A stretch of 54,967 nt of DNA from an uncultured Candidatus Saccharibacteria bacterium (GCA_964367145.1 CAYIWJ010000001.1:1-54967), one strand, 5' to 3'; shown: positions 7,808 to 17,443, counted from the stretch's first letter. The notes: generated by a model from the letters alone, not told the origin. Numbers and translations are program-made.

Positions 7808-8248
7808 ATGGCCCAAAACCCTCTAACTTCCGGAGTCGCTTCCTTGCTAGTTACTCTTTTGCTTGGCGGAATCATCGTAGAAATGAGTCTCATCGGGATG
7901 CTTCTTATTACTAAAACACAAAGTGCCAACAGCGGCATTCGACAGAGTCAAGATACTTTAGCCGGCGCGCAATCTGGTCTCGACGACGGCATCTTAAGCA
8001 TTATTCGCAATAAGAACGGCCCTTACAGCGATAAAAATTTTTCAATCGGCGTGGCGGCGGTTGAGGTAAGTTTTTGCAAAAACGCCTACAGTAAAAATTC
8101 TGATTGCGACACCGCAGTCGCCGGAGTTTACGAGGTGACTTCTATCGCTAGCGCCAGCTTGAAGCGCCGTAAAATGGTAGCGCAGTTAAGAGTGAACGCC
8201 ACAACCGGATTAGTTGTAGTAGAATCAATCAAAGAGGTTGTTTTCTAA
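7808..8248 (+). CDS. PilX-like minor pilin (N-terminal hydrophobic anchor)
   Basis: 146 aa. SGVASLLVTLLLGGIIVEMSLIGMLLI resembles PilX_N-type anchors. Position in the minor-pilin block supports the call. Confidence 0.55.
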   Translation: MAQNPLTSGVASLLVTLLLGGIIVEMSLIGMLLITKTQSANSGIRQSQDTLAGAQSGLDDGILSIIRNKNGPYSDKNFSIGVAAVEVSFCKNAYSKNSDCDTAVAGVYEVTSIASASLKRRKMVAQLRVNATTGLVVVESIKEVVF

Positions 8249-8264
8249 TAAGCAACGACCAATT

Positions 8265-9776
8265 ATGAATATTTTGGAAAAAATTAAAACAGCGCTAAGG
8301 ATCATTAATCCCATACCGGCAGTTGGCGGGCTTGAAATTAATGATACCGACATTAAATTTTTTTTGGTGAAAGGACTAAGTTTCAAAAAAGCTGGCTTGA
8401 GATTGCCCCCCGGAATTGTGGAAAACGGTAAAGTCAAAGACCTTCGCAACCTCGCCTTGGCCTTAAAATCACTCCACGCCAAATTCGCCAGCCAGAAAGA
8501 GGTCGTTCCGGTTGTCTTTCTAATGCCCGCGGAAAATCTTTATGTTCAGACCTTTACAGTTCCCCAAGTGGATGCGACGCGACTTGAAGAGACCGCTCGC
8601 TTAAATCTGGAAGTCATCTCCCCGCTTGAATTTTCTAAAGTTTATGCCAGTTGGCAAAAAATCGAGACTGCCAGCGAGGCGATTAACAGTCAGGAACTTC
8701 TTGGCGCTTTTGTGGAAAAAACAGTTGCCGATGAATTTTCTCTTGCCGCCACCGAAGCCGGCTTCGCTTTTGTTGCCGTTGGATTCTCGGCGCTCGCTCT
8801 TACTCGGGTTATTTGCCAAGAAGGTGTCGGTATCGATCAAAAGAAATCGTATTTAGTCCTCTTTTTCGGTCCCAATGGTCTTGAGATTTTTATCATCAAA
8901 AACAGTCACCTACACTTTCATCACTTTACCTCTTGGCGTACTCTGCAAGCCGAGGCACGCAAAGGAGAAATCGGCCTGCCAGAAATAAAAAAGTTTCTCA
9001 CCGAAGAAGTCCAGCGGATTATTAATTTTTATGCTAGCAAATGGGGTGGGGTTTTGGACGCGGCTATTTTGCTTACCCCGGGTCTGACCTCAGAAGTCTC
9101 GGCTGTCGTACAAGATGAATTTGGTCTCAAAATTCAGAATCTAACACTTGAACATTTTCCCAATATGAGCGAGGGCTGGCTGCCGACTTTAGGCGCCGCC
9201 CTTCGCGGACTAATTCCCCGTTCTTCAGATAAAATCATCAGTCTGGCCAGCACTTCGGCGCAAATGCATTATATTCAGGCGCGGGTCATAAAATTCGCCA
9301 GCTTTTGGCGTAAAGTATTGATTGCCGCTTTTGGTTTTTTTCTAATCGCCGAACTTGGAGTTTGTCTTATCGTTGCGCGGGAAGCGGCAGATATAAGCCT
9401 TCTAGTCACGCCTCGCTTGGAATCCGAAGAAGTCGCGATCTTATCTGATCTTCAAGAAAAGTCACTGAATTTAAATAGTTTGGCGGCAAAAGTTGTCGCG
9501 GTTAAAGAATCAAATGTTGATTGGGCGGATGGGCTTAAAAGAATTCGGGAAATTGGGGCGGGCTTGGTTCGTCTTAGAACTATCGCTATGAATATCGATT
9601 CAATCGTCATCGGTGCCACCGCGATAAATCAGGAGGCGGTAATTGAATTTCGCAATTCGCTTGAGCGCGATTCCAGGTGGCAGGAAGTGCGTCTACCGCT
9701 CGCGAATCTAAAAATAGCCGACGATGAGAGTGCCGAATTCATTCTTAATCTCAAGATTCGCCCAAAGGCAAATTAA
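8265..9776 (+). CDS. pilM: PilM-like actin-fold ATPase fused to a PilN/PilO-like membrane-anchored part
   Basis: 503 aa. N-terminal ~330 aa are PilM-like (GLEINDTDIKFFLV...). A single TM follows (FWRKVLIAAFGFFLIAELGVCLIVA), then a ~150-aa periplasmic coiled region. It is the last gene of the pilus cluster. Confidence 0.75.
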   Translation: MNILEKIKTALRIINPIPAVGGLEINDTDIKFFLVKGLSFKKAGLRLPPGIVENGKVKDLRNLALALKSLHAKFASQKEVVPVVFLMPAENLYVQTFTVPQVDATRLEETARLNLEVISPLEFSKVYASWQKIETASEAINSQELLGAFVEKTVADEFSLAATEAGFAFVAVGFSALALTRVICQEGVGIDQKKSYLVLFFGPNGLEIFIIKNSHLHFHHFTSWRTLQAEARKGEIGLPEIKKFLTEEVQRIINFYASKWGGVLDAAILLTPGLTSEVSAVVQDEFGLKIQNLTLEHFPNMSEGWLPTLGAALRGLIPRSSDKIISLASTSAQMHYIQARVIKFASFWRKVLIAAFGFFLIAELGVCLIVAREAADISLLVTPRLESEEVAILSDLQEKSLNLNSLAAKVVAVKESNVDWADGLKRIREIGAGLVRLRTIAMNIDSIVIGATAINQEAVIEFRNSLERDSRWQEVRLPLANLKIADDESAEFILNLKIRPKAN

Positions 9777-10267
9777 GGAGTTTTAAGAGCGGCGATTATC
9801 TCATCCGCTATTTTTTTAAAAACCTCTTTAAAGATCGGCAATTCTTCGGGGGGGATTGGCTGGAGTACAAATTCCAACGATTTTCGCTCTTCGTTTGCCG
9901 ACCGAATACCAATGCGTGCCCGCCAAAAAGAATTGCTTTGCGCGGCGTCAAAAACACTTTGCACGCCATTGTGTCCCGCCGCGCCGCGTTCACGGATTAA
10001 TTGATAGCCAGCCAAGGAAATGTCGCTATCATCATGCGCCAGTAAAGTGGTTTCCGACGTCGCTCCCAAACGCTTCATTTCGGCTAAAATCAACTGCCCA
10101 CTCTCGTTCATAAAGCCTTGCGGAGGTAGTAAAACAATTCTTTCAAGCCAAGGGGTAAACTCGGCATAAGTTTGCAAAAAATTAACAAAACTAGCTCCGA
10201 TATTGTGGTAAATACCGGCATATTTATCTCCATAGTTGCCCAAGCCGGCAATTAATTTAAGTTTCAT
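9773..10267 (-). CDS. pth: peptidyl-tRNA hydrolase
   Basis: MKLKLIAGLGNYGDKYAGIYHNIG matches the GLGNPG..Y..TRHNxG N-terminus. 164 aa (short). Stop overlaps the pilM stop region by 4 nt in convergent orientation. Confidence 0.85.
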   Translation of the reverse strand: MKLKLIAGLGNYGDKYAGIYHNIGASFVNFLQTYAEFTPWLERIVLLPPQGFMNESGQLILAEMKRLGATSETTLLAHDDSDISLAGYQLIRERGAAGHNGVQSVFDAAQSNSFWRARIGIRSANEERKSLEFVLQPIPPEELPIFKEVFKKIADEIIAALKTP

Positions 10268-10340
10268 TGTTGTTCTTTAAAAATAAGTATAGTAGAATGG
10301 CTGGCAATAGACCACAGCGCGCTCAATCAAAGAATTCAAC

Positions 10341-10928
10341 ATGCCCGGTAGACTTAAAAAGTTTTTATTATCAGTTTGGGAAGTGGTAGAGGTGGTGTTT
10401 GTGGCTACCGCGACCGTTTTTCTGATTCGTAGCTTCCTGGTCCAGCCGTTTTTGGTGAGCGGCGCCAGCATGGAACCCAATTTTTCTGATGGAAATTATC
10501 TGATTATCGATGAGATTACTTATCGCTTCCGCAGTCCGGAACGCGGCGAAGTTGTGGTTTTTCGTTTTCCCAAAGATCCATCGGTATTTTTCATTAAGCG
10601 CATTATCGGCTTACCCGGAGAGCGGATTGCGAATAGCGGCAATGGCATTATTGTCTATCACGACATTAAAGACACTACCGGAAAAGCCTTGACTGAATCT
10701 TACCTGTCCCGCGATAGCGTCAAGGATCGTTTTGATGTCTGGCTCAATAACGATGAATATTTTGTTCTCGGCGACAATCGTAACGCCAGTTTTGACTCCC
10801 GAAGTTGGGGCCCGATCAAGCGCGAAGCTATTGTCGGCGTCGTCAGAATTCGAGTTTTTCCGCTCCAAAAATTTAACAGCTTCACTCCTCCGCGATACGA
10901 AACAGCCGGCCAATCTTCAGCTCTATAA
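10341..10928 (+). CDS. lepB: signal peptidase I
   Basis: N-terminal TM. Boxes SGASMEPN (Ser), KRIIGLPGE (Lys) and GDNRNASFDSR. Confidence 0.93.
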   Translation: MPGRLKKFLLSVWEVVEVVFVATATVFLIRSFLVQPFLVSGASMEPNFSDGNYLIIDEITYRFRSPERGEVVVFRFPKDPSVFFIKRIIGLPGERIANSGNGIIVYHDIKDTTGKALTESYLSRDSVKDRFDVWLNNDEYFVLGDNRNASFDSRSWGPIKREAIVGVVRIRVFPLQKFNSFTPPRYETAGQSSAL

Positions 10929-10931
10929 CCC

Positions 10932-12212
10932 ATGGGATCCGCGAAAAAAAGACCAAATAGTGTCAAAGCGCCAGAAGGAATGTACGATATTCTGCCGCAG
11001 GAATATTTAATTTGGGATCGGATGCGCAAGGTCGTTCGGGATTTTGCTGATTTTTATAATTTTTTTCGCATTGAAACGACCTTGATTGAACGAGAAGAAT
11101 TAATGGAGCGAGGTTTTGAAGACGATGACGAAATGCGGAACCGATCCTTGGTAATTCAGGAACGCGGGGAGCGCTTCATCGTCCGTCGCGATCCCGCCCT
11201 TTCAGTAATTCGGGCCTATGTTGAACACGGCCTAAGTTCAGTTAGTCAACCGCTTAAAGTTTTCTATGAAGGTCAGATTTTTGACAAGAACGGCTTTAAT
11301 GACGCGCCCGAATTTCGCGAAGCCCATTGCGCCGGGTTTGAAGTTATTGATGGCGAATCGGATCCGGTTTACGACGCCCAGATTATTTTGACCCTCTATC
11401 GCATTCTTGAAGAGCTAAAGGTGGATGGGATTTCTATCGGACTGAATACTCTCTGCTGTCGTCATTGCCGCATGGGTTACCGGAAGCAAATCAACGAGTA
11501 CATCAAAGGCAAAAAAAGCGATCTTTGCGTGCAGTGCGAAAAACATCTTACTGGAAAACCAGAAAAGATTTTAATCTGTGAAAACGAAAAGGATAAAGCT
11601 GTGCGTGAAGCTTATCCAGCCTCGGTTGACTATCTGTGTACTTATTGCCGGAGCAATTTTAAAAATATTTTTGAGTATCTTGAAGAGCTTGGATTGCAAT
11701 ATTCACTGTCCCCGCGACTCAAGAGCGAATGTGGTTATACGACTGGAACTTTGTTTGAAATCTACGGCGCGGATTTACCGTATCCTCTCGCCTCCGGCGG
11801 TCGGCACGATTATCTCGTTGAGTCTGTCGGCGGTAAAAACACGCCGGCGGTTGGCGGCGTAATCTATCTTGATCGTGTTGCTCGCTGGCTCAAGGCCAAG
11901 GGGGTGACTATCGCTCCGCATCGGGCTAAACCTAAAATATTCCTGATTCACATCGGCGCCTTGGCTCGTAAGAAGGCCCTGGGACTTATTGAACAACTTC
12001 GCGAAGCCAATGTCAGTGTCTGGGAATCTCTGGGTCGCGACGCGCTGAACATTCAGCTTAAGTTGGCGACTAAGATGGAATCTCCGCTAGCTTTGATTTT
12101 TGGCCAAAAAGAAGCCTTTGAAGACAGTATTATTATCCGCGACATGAAGAGCGGCATGCAGGAAACAGTACTCCTTAAAAAAGTAGTGGAGAATATCAAG
12201 AAGCGATTATGA
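10932..12212 (+). CDS. hisS: histidyl-tRNA synthetase-like protein (class IIa fold plus anticodon-binding domain) with divergent catalytic motifs
   Basis: N-terminal GMYDILPQE..W, HisB-like SGGRHDYL....GG..TPAVGG, Cys-rich LC.QC...ILICEN region like the HisRS insertion, C-terminal alpha/beta anticodon-binding-like domain. Motif 2 (FRxERPQ.GR) and HisA (RGLDYY) are not conserved (IFDKNGFNDAPEF; KSECGYT). Confidence 0.75.
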   Translation: MGSAKKRPNSVKAPEGMYDILPQEYLIWDRMRKVVRDFADFYNFFRIETTLIEREELMERGFEDDDEMRNRSLVIQERGERFIVRRDPALSVIRAYVEHGLSSVSQPLKVFYEGQIFDKNGFNDAPEFREAHCAGFEVIDGESDPVYDAQIILTLYRILEELKVDGISIGLNTLCCRHCRMGYRKQINEYIKGKKSDLCVQCEKHLTGKPEKILICENEKDKAVREAYPASVDYLCTYCRSNFKNIFEYLEELGLQYSLSPRLKSECGYTTGTLFEIYGADLPYPLASGGRHDYLVESVGGKNTPAVGGVIYLDRVARWLKAKGVTIAPHRAKPKIFLIHIGALARKKALGLIEQLREANVSVWESLGRDALNIQLKLATKMESPLALIFGQKEAFEDSIIIRDMKSGMQETVLLKKVVENIKKRL

Positions 12213-12556
12213 CCAAACCGACTCAATCCTGTGTTTTTTGTCGGATTGCCCAAAAGGAAGTTCCTTCTGAGATTTTGTTGGAAAACGATCTCGCTCTAGT
12301 CTTTGCCGACATCCACCCCTCGGCTCCGGTTCATTACTTAGTGGTCCCCAAAGAGCACATTGAAACCGTTTCTCATCTAACCCGAAGTCACGCCCCGATT
12401 GCCGGCGAGTTAATCCTGCTCGCCAAAGAAGCGGCGCATCAGCTTGGTCTTTCGGGCTATAAATTGGTTTTTAATGTCGGTCGTGCCGGCGGACAAATAG
12501 TGGATCATATTCACCTTCATCTACTTGGTGGCTGGAAGCAAGTTGACTCCAACTAA
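12209..12556 (+). CDS. HIT-family (histidine triad) nucleotide hydrolase
   Basis: C-terminal HIHLHLLGG triad and N-terminal CVFCRI. ATGA overlap with the hisS stop. Confidence 0.9.
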   Translation: MTKPTQSCVFCRIAQKEVPSEILLENDLALVFADIHPSAPVHYLVVPKEHIETVSHLTRSHAPIAGELILLAKEAAHQLGLSGYKLVFNVGRAGGQIVDHIHLHLLGGWKQVDSN

Positions 12557-12565
12557 AAGCGCCCC

Positions 12566-12595
12566 TAGACAAGTCACAGCTAAAAAAGCTAGAAT
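12566..12595 (+). promoter_or_regulatory. candidate promoter of rpsU (TAGACA-18 nt-TAGAAT)
   Basis: -35-like hexamer at 12566-12571 and -10-like at 12590-12595. ATG at 12608 implies a leader of only ~6 nt. Confidence 0.45.
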
Positions 12596-12607
12596 AAACG
12601 ACAATCT

Positions 12608-12823
12608 ATGGGTATCGAAATACGCAAAAAAGAAGGGGAGTCCGTCAACGCGCTAATCTATCGTTTTACCAAAAAAACTCAACAGAGTGGCATCTTGCGC
12701 GAATCCAAAAAACGCTTTTATCATAAGCGGGAGGTGAGTCGCATTAAGCGCAAAGCTTCGGCCTTGCACCGAGCCAAGAAACGCGAAGAATTTACTCGTG
12801 CCAGAAAGAACGGACTCGTATGA
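12608..12823 (+). CDS. rpsU: 30S ribosomal protein S21
   Basis: 71 aa, very basic. ESVNALIYRFTKK...GILRE.KKR.FY.K pattern typical of bS21. Confidence 0.9.
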   Translation: MGIEIRKKEGESVNALIYRFTKKTQQSGILRESKKRFYHKREVSRIKRKASALHRAKKREEFTRARKNGLV

Positions 12824-13272
12824 ATCCTCTCCAGGCCCTAATGGCTGATTTGAAAGCGGCCATGAAAGAAAAGCGCGAAGGCGATATACAAACCGCGCGT
12901 CTTCTGATTGCCGCTATTAAAAATCTGGAGATTCAGAAAAGAACCGACGGTAGAATAGGTGAACTGACCGAAGAAGAAATAATTCAACTGCTCCGAACCG
13001 AAGCCAAGAAGCGTAAAGATTCCATTACTGTTTTTTCAGCCAATAATCGCGAAGATCTTGCCGCCAAAGAACGAACTGAATTGGCTTACGTCGAAAAATA
13101 TTTACCTCAACTTTTAAACCGCGAAGCCACCGAAGAACTTGTCGCGAAAATCATTCACCAGAGCAAGCCGGTTGATTTTGGCTCGGCCATGAAAGAAGTT
13201 ATGAATCAGCTTAAAGGCAAAGTTGATAACGCCCTCGTCGCTCAAATTATCAAGCGCTTACTGCAAAAATAA
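12820..13272 (+). CDS. GatB/YqeY domain protein
   Basis: 150 aa. LKAAMKEKRE..L..LR.L.AAIKN.EI....L.EEE...L...AKKRKDSI pattern of the YqeY family. ATGA overlap with rpsU. Confidence 0.85.
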   Translation: MNPLQALMADLKAAMKEKREGDIQTARLLIAAIKNLEIQKRTDGRIGELTEEEIIQLLRTEAKKRKDSITVFSANNREDLAAKERTELAYVEKYLPQLLNREATEELVAKIIHQSKPVDFGSAMKEVMNQLKGKVDNALVAQIIKRLLQK

Positions 13273-13285
13273 TTTTGCCGACTTT

Positions 13286-13735
13286 ATGGGAGCCATCCAA
13301 AGACGATCTTCATCGGTAAGCAATCGCATTGTTGTCATTGGGCTCCAAAAGAAAACATCGTCGCGTTTTCTTTCGTGCCTAAAAAAAGCAGCAGAATCTG
13401 TCGCTGGATTTCACGGCGCTCAAGGCGTTGAGTTTGAGGTCTATGTGGTTGATGACAAGATTTTACCCAAAAATGTCTTGGCCTATCCCTGGCCCATCAA
13501 TTTTCCGCGTCCCGAAACCAGTAAAAAATTTCTCGGAGAAATTTTTATCAATCCTCAATATATTCGCGCCGAAGGGCAAAATATTCTTTTTATGCTCATT
13601 CACGGTTTTTTGCACCTCTTGGGATATGACCACCAGAAAAAAAATGATACAATAGCGATGGAGAAGGAGGAACAAAGACTCCTTAAAGCATTTAGCAATC
13701 AAGCGCCCGCGAGTCTTGTTAAAACACTCGCTTAA
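13286..13735 (+). CDS. ybeY: rRNA maturation endoribonuclease YbeY
   Basis: Zinc motif HGFLHLLGYDH. Start placed at ATG 13286 to avoid overlapping YqeY. Confidence 0.88.
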   Translation: MGAIQRRSSSVSNRIVVIGLQKKTSSRFLSCLKKAAESVAGFHGAQGVEFEVYVVDDKILPKNVLAYPWPINFPRPETSKKFLGEIFINPQYIRAEGQNILFMLIHGFLHLLGYDHQKKNDTIAMEKEEQRLLKAFSNQAPASLVKTLA

Positions 13736-13752
13736 TCGGTGCATCCACCGCA

Positions 13753-14985
13753 ATGTCACCCCGCCACATTCTTGGACTCGATGTTGGAACTCATACCATC
13801 AAAGCCGCCGTCGCCGAAGTTAAAAAAAACGGCGAGCTGAATCTTGTCTATCTTTCCAAATCGCCTTCGGCTGGCTTGCGTCGCGGCGCGGTTCACGATA
13901 TTACCGAGGCTACGCAAAAAATCGGCATCGTTCTTTCGGAAATTAAAAAAAACTATAAAGACGCGCTGGATAATATTGTACTTTCCGTTGGTACCGCCGA
14001 TGTCAAAATTCAGCCCTCGATTGGGGTAGTGGCCGTCTCTCGCGCCGACTACGAAATTTTTCGAGACGACATTGAACGAGCTGTTCAAAGTTCACAGGCA
14101 ATAAATTTGCCGCCCAACCGGATGGTTTTGCATCACTTAATCAGCGAATATATTGTTGATGGGGTTCGCGATATTCGCGATCCACTTGGCATGATCGGCA
14201 ATCGTCTGGAAGTTGGTAGTTTGATTATTGACGCCTTCGCGCCAATGGTAAAGAATCTTACCAGATGCGTGGAAGTTCTCGGCGGTAACCTTAGTGGCAT
14301 TATTTTGGGAACCATTGCCGCCGCGGAAGCCGTTCTTAGCCGCCGTCAAAAAGAACTTGGCGTGGTAGTCGTGGATATTGGTTTTGCCACCACCGGCATG
14401 GTAGTTTATGAGGAAGGAAAGCTTTTACATACGGCCATTCTTCCCTTTGGTTCTGGGCACATTACCAACGATCTGGCGATTGGACTCAAGGCTCCCATTG
14501 AAGTCGCGGAGGCGATTAAGCTTTCTTTTGGCTCGGCCATTGTCAAAGACAGCGGCAGTCGTGATAGCATTGATGTTGCCCGAATTGACCCGCGTCTCAA
14601 AGGTATCGTCTCCAAAAAACTGGTTTCCGAGATTATTGAGACGCGACTTGCGGAAATCTTCGAGCTTGTGAATAATGAGCTCAAAAGCATAGAACGAGCT
14701 GGAAAGCTTCCCGCCGGTGTAGTGCTGGTTGGCGGTGGCGCCAAAATGCCTGGAATCGTGGAATTAGCCAAGCAAGAGCTAAAACTTCCGGCGCAAGTGG
14801 CGATACCGGATATGAGCAAACTAACTGTGGTGAACGGCGAACTGGGGTTACAAGTTGAAGATCCGGAATACGCCCCCGTTCTCGGTCTTCTTCTTTATAG
14901 CCGAGAAATAAATCCGACTAATCGCAAATTAACCAACGGCTTTACAAATCTCTTCCGAAAAATATTTAAATATCTCATCCCTTAA
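13753..14985 (+). CDS. ftsA: cell division protein FtsA
   Basis: Actin-fold motifs LGLDVGTHTIKAAVAE, VVDIGFATTG, VLVGGGAKMPGI. Lies directly upstream of ftsZ. Confidence 0.93.
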   Translation: MSPRHILGLDVGTHTIKAAVAEVKKNGELNLVYLSKSPSAGLRRGAVHDITEATQKIGIVLSEIKKNYKDALDNIVLSVGTADVKIQPSIGVVAVSRADYEIFRDDIERAVQSSQAINLPPNRMVLHHLISEYIVDGVRDIRDPLGMIGNRLEVGSLIIDAFAPMVKNLTRCVEVLGGNLSGIILGTIAAAEAVLSRRQKELGVVVVDIGFATTGMVVYEEGKLLHTAILPFGSGHITNDLAIGLKAPIEVAEAIKLSFGSAIVKDSGSRDSIDVARIDPRLKGIVSKKLVSEIIETRLAEIFELVNNELKSIERAGKLPAGVVLVGGGAKMPGIVELAKQELKLPAQVAIPDMSKLTVVNGELGLQVEDPEYAPVLGLLLYSREINPTNRKLTNGFTNLFRKIFKYLIP

Positions 14986-14996
14986 GTTTTCCCGTT

Positions 14997-16247
14997 ATGA
15001 CCCAAAAAAACATCACAACCACGGCGGCGAAAAGATCCGCACCCTCAAGTTATAACGCCAGAATCAAGGTCGTCGGCATTGGCGGTGGCGGCGGACACGC
15101 CGTTTCCAGAATGTACGACAATCTCGGTGTTCGCGGCGTGGAGTTTATCGCAATCAATACCGATATTCAAGATCTGGAATATTGTCAGGCTAAACGAAAA
15201 ATTCAAATCGGAAAAAATCTTACTCGTGGTTTGGGAGCTGGCATGAATCCCGAGATCGGACGCCAGGCCGCAGAAGAAAACCGTGCCGAAATTTCCGAAA
15301 CTCTCAAAGGCGCTGATCTAGTTTTCTTAACCGCCGGTTTAGGCGGTGGCTCGGGTTCGGGCGGAATTTTAACCGTCGCCGACACCGCCAAAGAGAACGG
15401 AATTTTAACCGTCGCCGTTGTTACCAAGCCCTTTGCCTTTGAAGGAGCTCAAAGAGCTAAAATTGCCCAAGATGCTTTGGCTAAATTAAAAGAAAAAGTA
15501 GATACGCTAATCGTAGTCCCAAACGACAAAATTTTTGACATCATTAAAAAAGACACTCCGCTACTTAAAGCCTTTGAGCACATTGACGACGTTTTGCGTA
15601 GCGCTGTTCAGGGTATCGCCGAACTTATCGCCATGCCCGGCATCGTTAATGTGGACTTCGCCGATATTAAAGCGATTATGCAAAATTCGGGACCGGCTCT
15701 GGTGGGTATCGGTATCGCGAGCGGTCAAGAGCGAGCCACATCAGCCGCCAATCAAGCCATTCACTCGCCACTTTTAGAGATATCCGTTGACGGCGCCAAA
15801 GGTGTGCTTTTTGGCATCTCTGGCGGGCGCGACATGAGAATGACGGAGATAAACGAAATCGCCAAAATTATCTCCCAGACCATTGACCCCTCAGCCAAAA
15901 TTATCTTTGGCGCCTATCATGACCGTAAGCTAAAACCAGGGCAGATTAAGGTGGTCTTGATTGCTACCGGATTCGGGCCTCACTTTGGTCGTGATGCTGA
16001 ATCAGTGGCGCCATCGCTCTTTAATCCGGAGGCCAATTTTGGTCTTAACAAAGTTGAACATGCCAATCTAAACAGCGTCGCGCCCAAAGAAGTTCCGTCT
16101 CCAGCCAAAGAATTCAAAGAAAAGAACGAAAAACTACTCAAAGAAGTTAAGGATGATGGAAAAAAAAGTGGAGCCCATATTCCTCCCAAAAAAGAAGACG
16201 ACCTTTGGGACATACCGGCTTTTTTAAGAAAACGCCGTCGAGAATAA
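14997..16247 (+). CDS. ftsZ: cell division GTPase FtsZ
   Basis: VVGIGGGGGHAV, tubulin signature GLGGGSGSGG, NVDFADI, C-terminal DIPAFLRK peptide. Confidence 0.97.
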   Translation: MTQKNITTTAAKRSAPSSYNARIKVVGIGGGGGHAVSRMYDNLGVRGVEFIAINTDIQDLEYCQAKRKIQIGKNLTRGLGAGMNPEIGRQAAEENRAEISETLKGADLVFLTAGLGGGSGSGGILTVADTAKENGILTVAVVTKPFAFEGAQRAKIAQDALAKLKEKVDTLIVVPNDKIFDIIKKDTPLLKAFEHIDDVLRSAVQGIAELIAMPGIVNVDFADIKAIMQNSGPALVGIGIASGQERATSAANQAIHSPLLEISVDGAKGVLFGISGGRDMRMTEINEIAKIISQTIDPSAKIIFGAYHDRKLKPGQIKVVLIATGFGPHFGRDAESVAPSLFNPEANFGLNKVEHANLNSVAPKEVPSPAKEFKEKNEKLLKEVKDDGKKSGAHIPPKKEDDLWDIPAFLRKRRRE

Positions 16248-16261
16248 AAACGCCACCCCCA

Positions 16262-17308
16262 CTAAGCCGCTCCTTGAATCTCTCGTTGCTGATGCAAGCG
16301 ATAAGTCTCTAAGAGTACTAGAAAAATCGCCGCAATCAGTGGCCCATAAATAACCCCCAAGATTCCAAAAATTTTTAAGCCCCCCAAAATGGCGATAAAT
16401 ATAAAAAGCGGATGAGCGTCAATTTTGTTGGCGATGATTTTTGGTCTGATGATGTTGTCAATTGTTGATACTATTAAAAAATTGTAAAAGAAAAACCCCA
16501 AAGCCAACGCCGGCGACTTAATTGTTAATAGGTAGATCGTGGCTGGAATATAGATAATATAAGGACCCAAGAGGGGAATAAGTGATAGAAAAGCCATGAC
16601 CGCGCCCCACAGCACCGGCGTTTCTAAGCCAAAAATATAAAAACCAAAACCGGCCAAAATACCTTGGGCTAGCGCTGTTAAAAAGATGCCATAGATAATC
16701 GCCTTACCGGTTTCACGAAAAGTGCGAAACAGGTGAGCCCCTTCATTGTTTTTAAAGAGTTGAAGGTTAAGGAAAAACTTCCCAAATAAATCGCCGTCGC
16801 GAAGAAGATAGAAAATCGTAAAAAGCATAATAAAAAAAGAAACCAATAAACTAAAAACTCCGGACAGCAAGGTGCCGGTTTTTTGATAAATCGAAAGACT
16901 GAAACTCTTTAGCCAAGGAGCTACTTGCTCCTGAATGAAGTTTTCAACGTTAACATTGAGGTTGAGTTTCTGCGAAGCAATTTCCAGCTTATCGGCCAGA
17001 TTTTGATCAAGGGCGATATTATCTTTGGTGCTCAAAAATAGATTGAAAGCCTCACTACCCAAAAGCGTGGTGATGCCGATAAAGGGCAAGATAATACCAA
17101 CGACAATCACAAAAATAGTAACCAAAGCAGCTAGGTTTTTCTGGTCGCGAAAAAAAATACGAAGTTTATTATAGAGCGGAAAGGTCAGTGTGGCGAGCAA
17201 CGCCCCTAAAATAACCGGAGCATGAAAACCGCTTATCAAAAGCAGAGTTAAGCCAAGGAAAACAATCAATAACACTACCAAAATCCGTTCCGAGCCTTGA
17301 GGAGTCAT
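16262..17308 (-). CDS. AI-2E/PerM (UPF0118) family membrane transporter
   Basis: 348 aa with 7-8 TM segments. Conserved C-terminal part ...STIDNIIRPKII.....HPL.IFIAILGG...G..G...GP. Confidence 0.85.
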   Translation of the reverse strand: MTPQGSERILVVLLIVFLGLTLLLISGFHAPVILGALLATLTFPLYNKLRIFFRDQKNLAALVTIFVIVVGIILPFIGITTLLGSEAFNLFLSTKDNIALDQNLADKLEIASQKLNLNVNVENFIQEQVAPWLKSFSLSIYQKTGTLLSGVFSLLVSFFIMLFTIFYLLRDGDLFGKFFLNLQLFKNNEGAHLFRTFRETGKAIIYGIFLTALAQGILAGFGFYIFGLETPVLWGAVMAFLSLIPLLGPYIIYIPATIYLLTIKSPALALGFFFYNFLIVSTIDNIIRPKIIANKIDAHPLFIFIAILGGLKIFGILGVIYGPLIAAIFLVLLETYRLHQQREIQGAA

Positions 17309-17443
17309 CAAGCTAAAGTATAAAACATATAAAACCCACCGGCAACGTGAGATCTTTTCTAAAAAACGGCCAAGACATCAAGCGCAAACCGCTGTCGCCA
17401 TCACAACTACAACGAGCTAGAAGTTGATTTTGTTAGCACTAAT

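Noticed and set aside
14406-14819. 137-aa antisense ORF inside ftsA (and similar ones inside ftsZ, tgt, uvrA, uvrB)
   Set aside because: These are fully embedded antisense to strongly supported conserved genes, with low-complexity Ser/Pro/Arg composition and no start signals.
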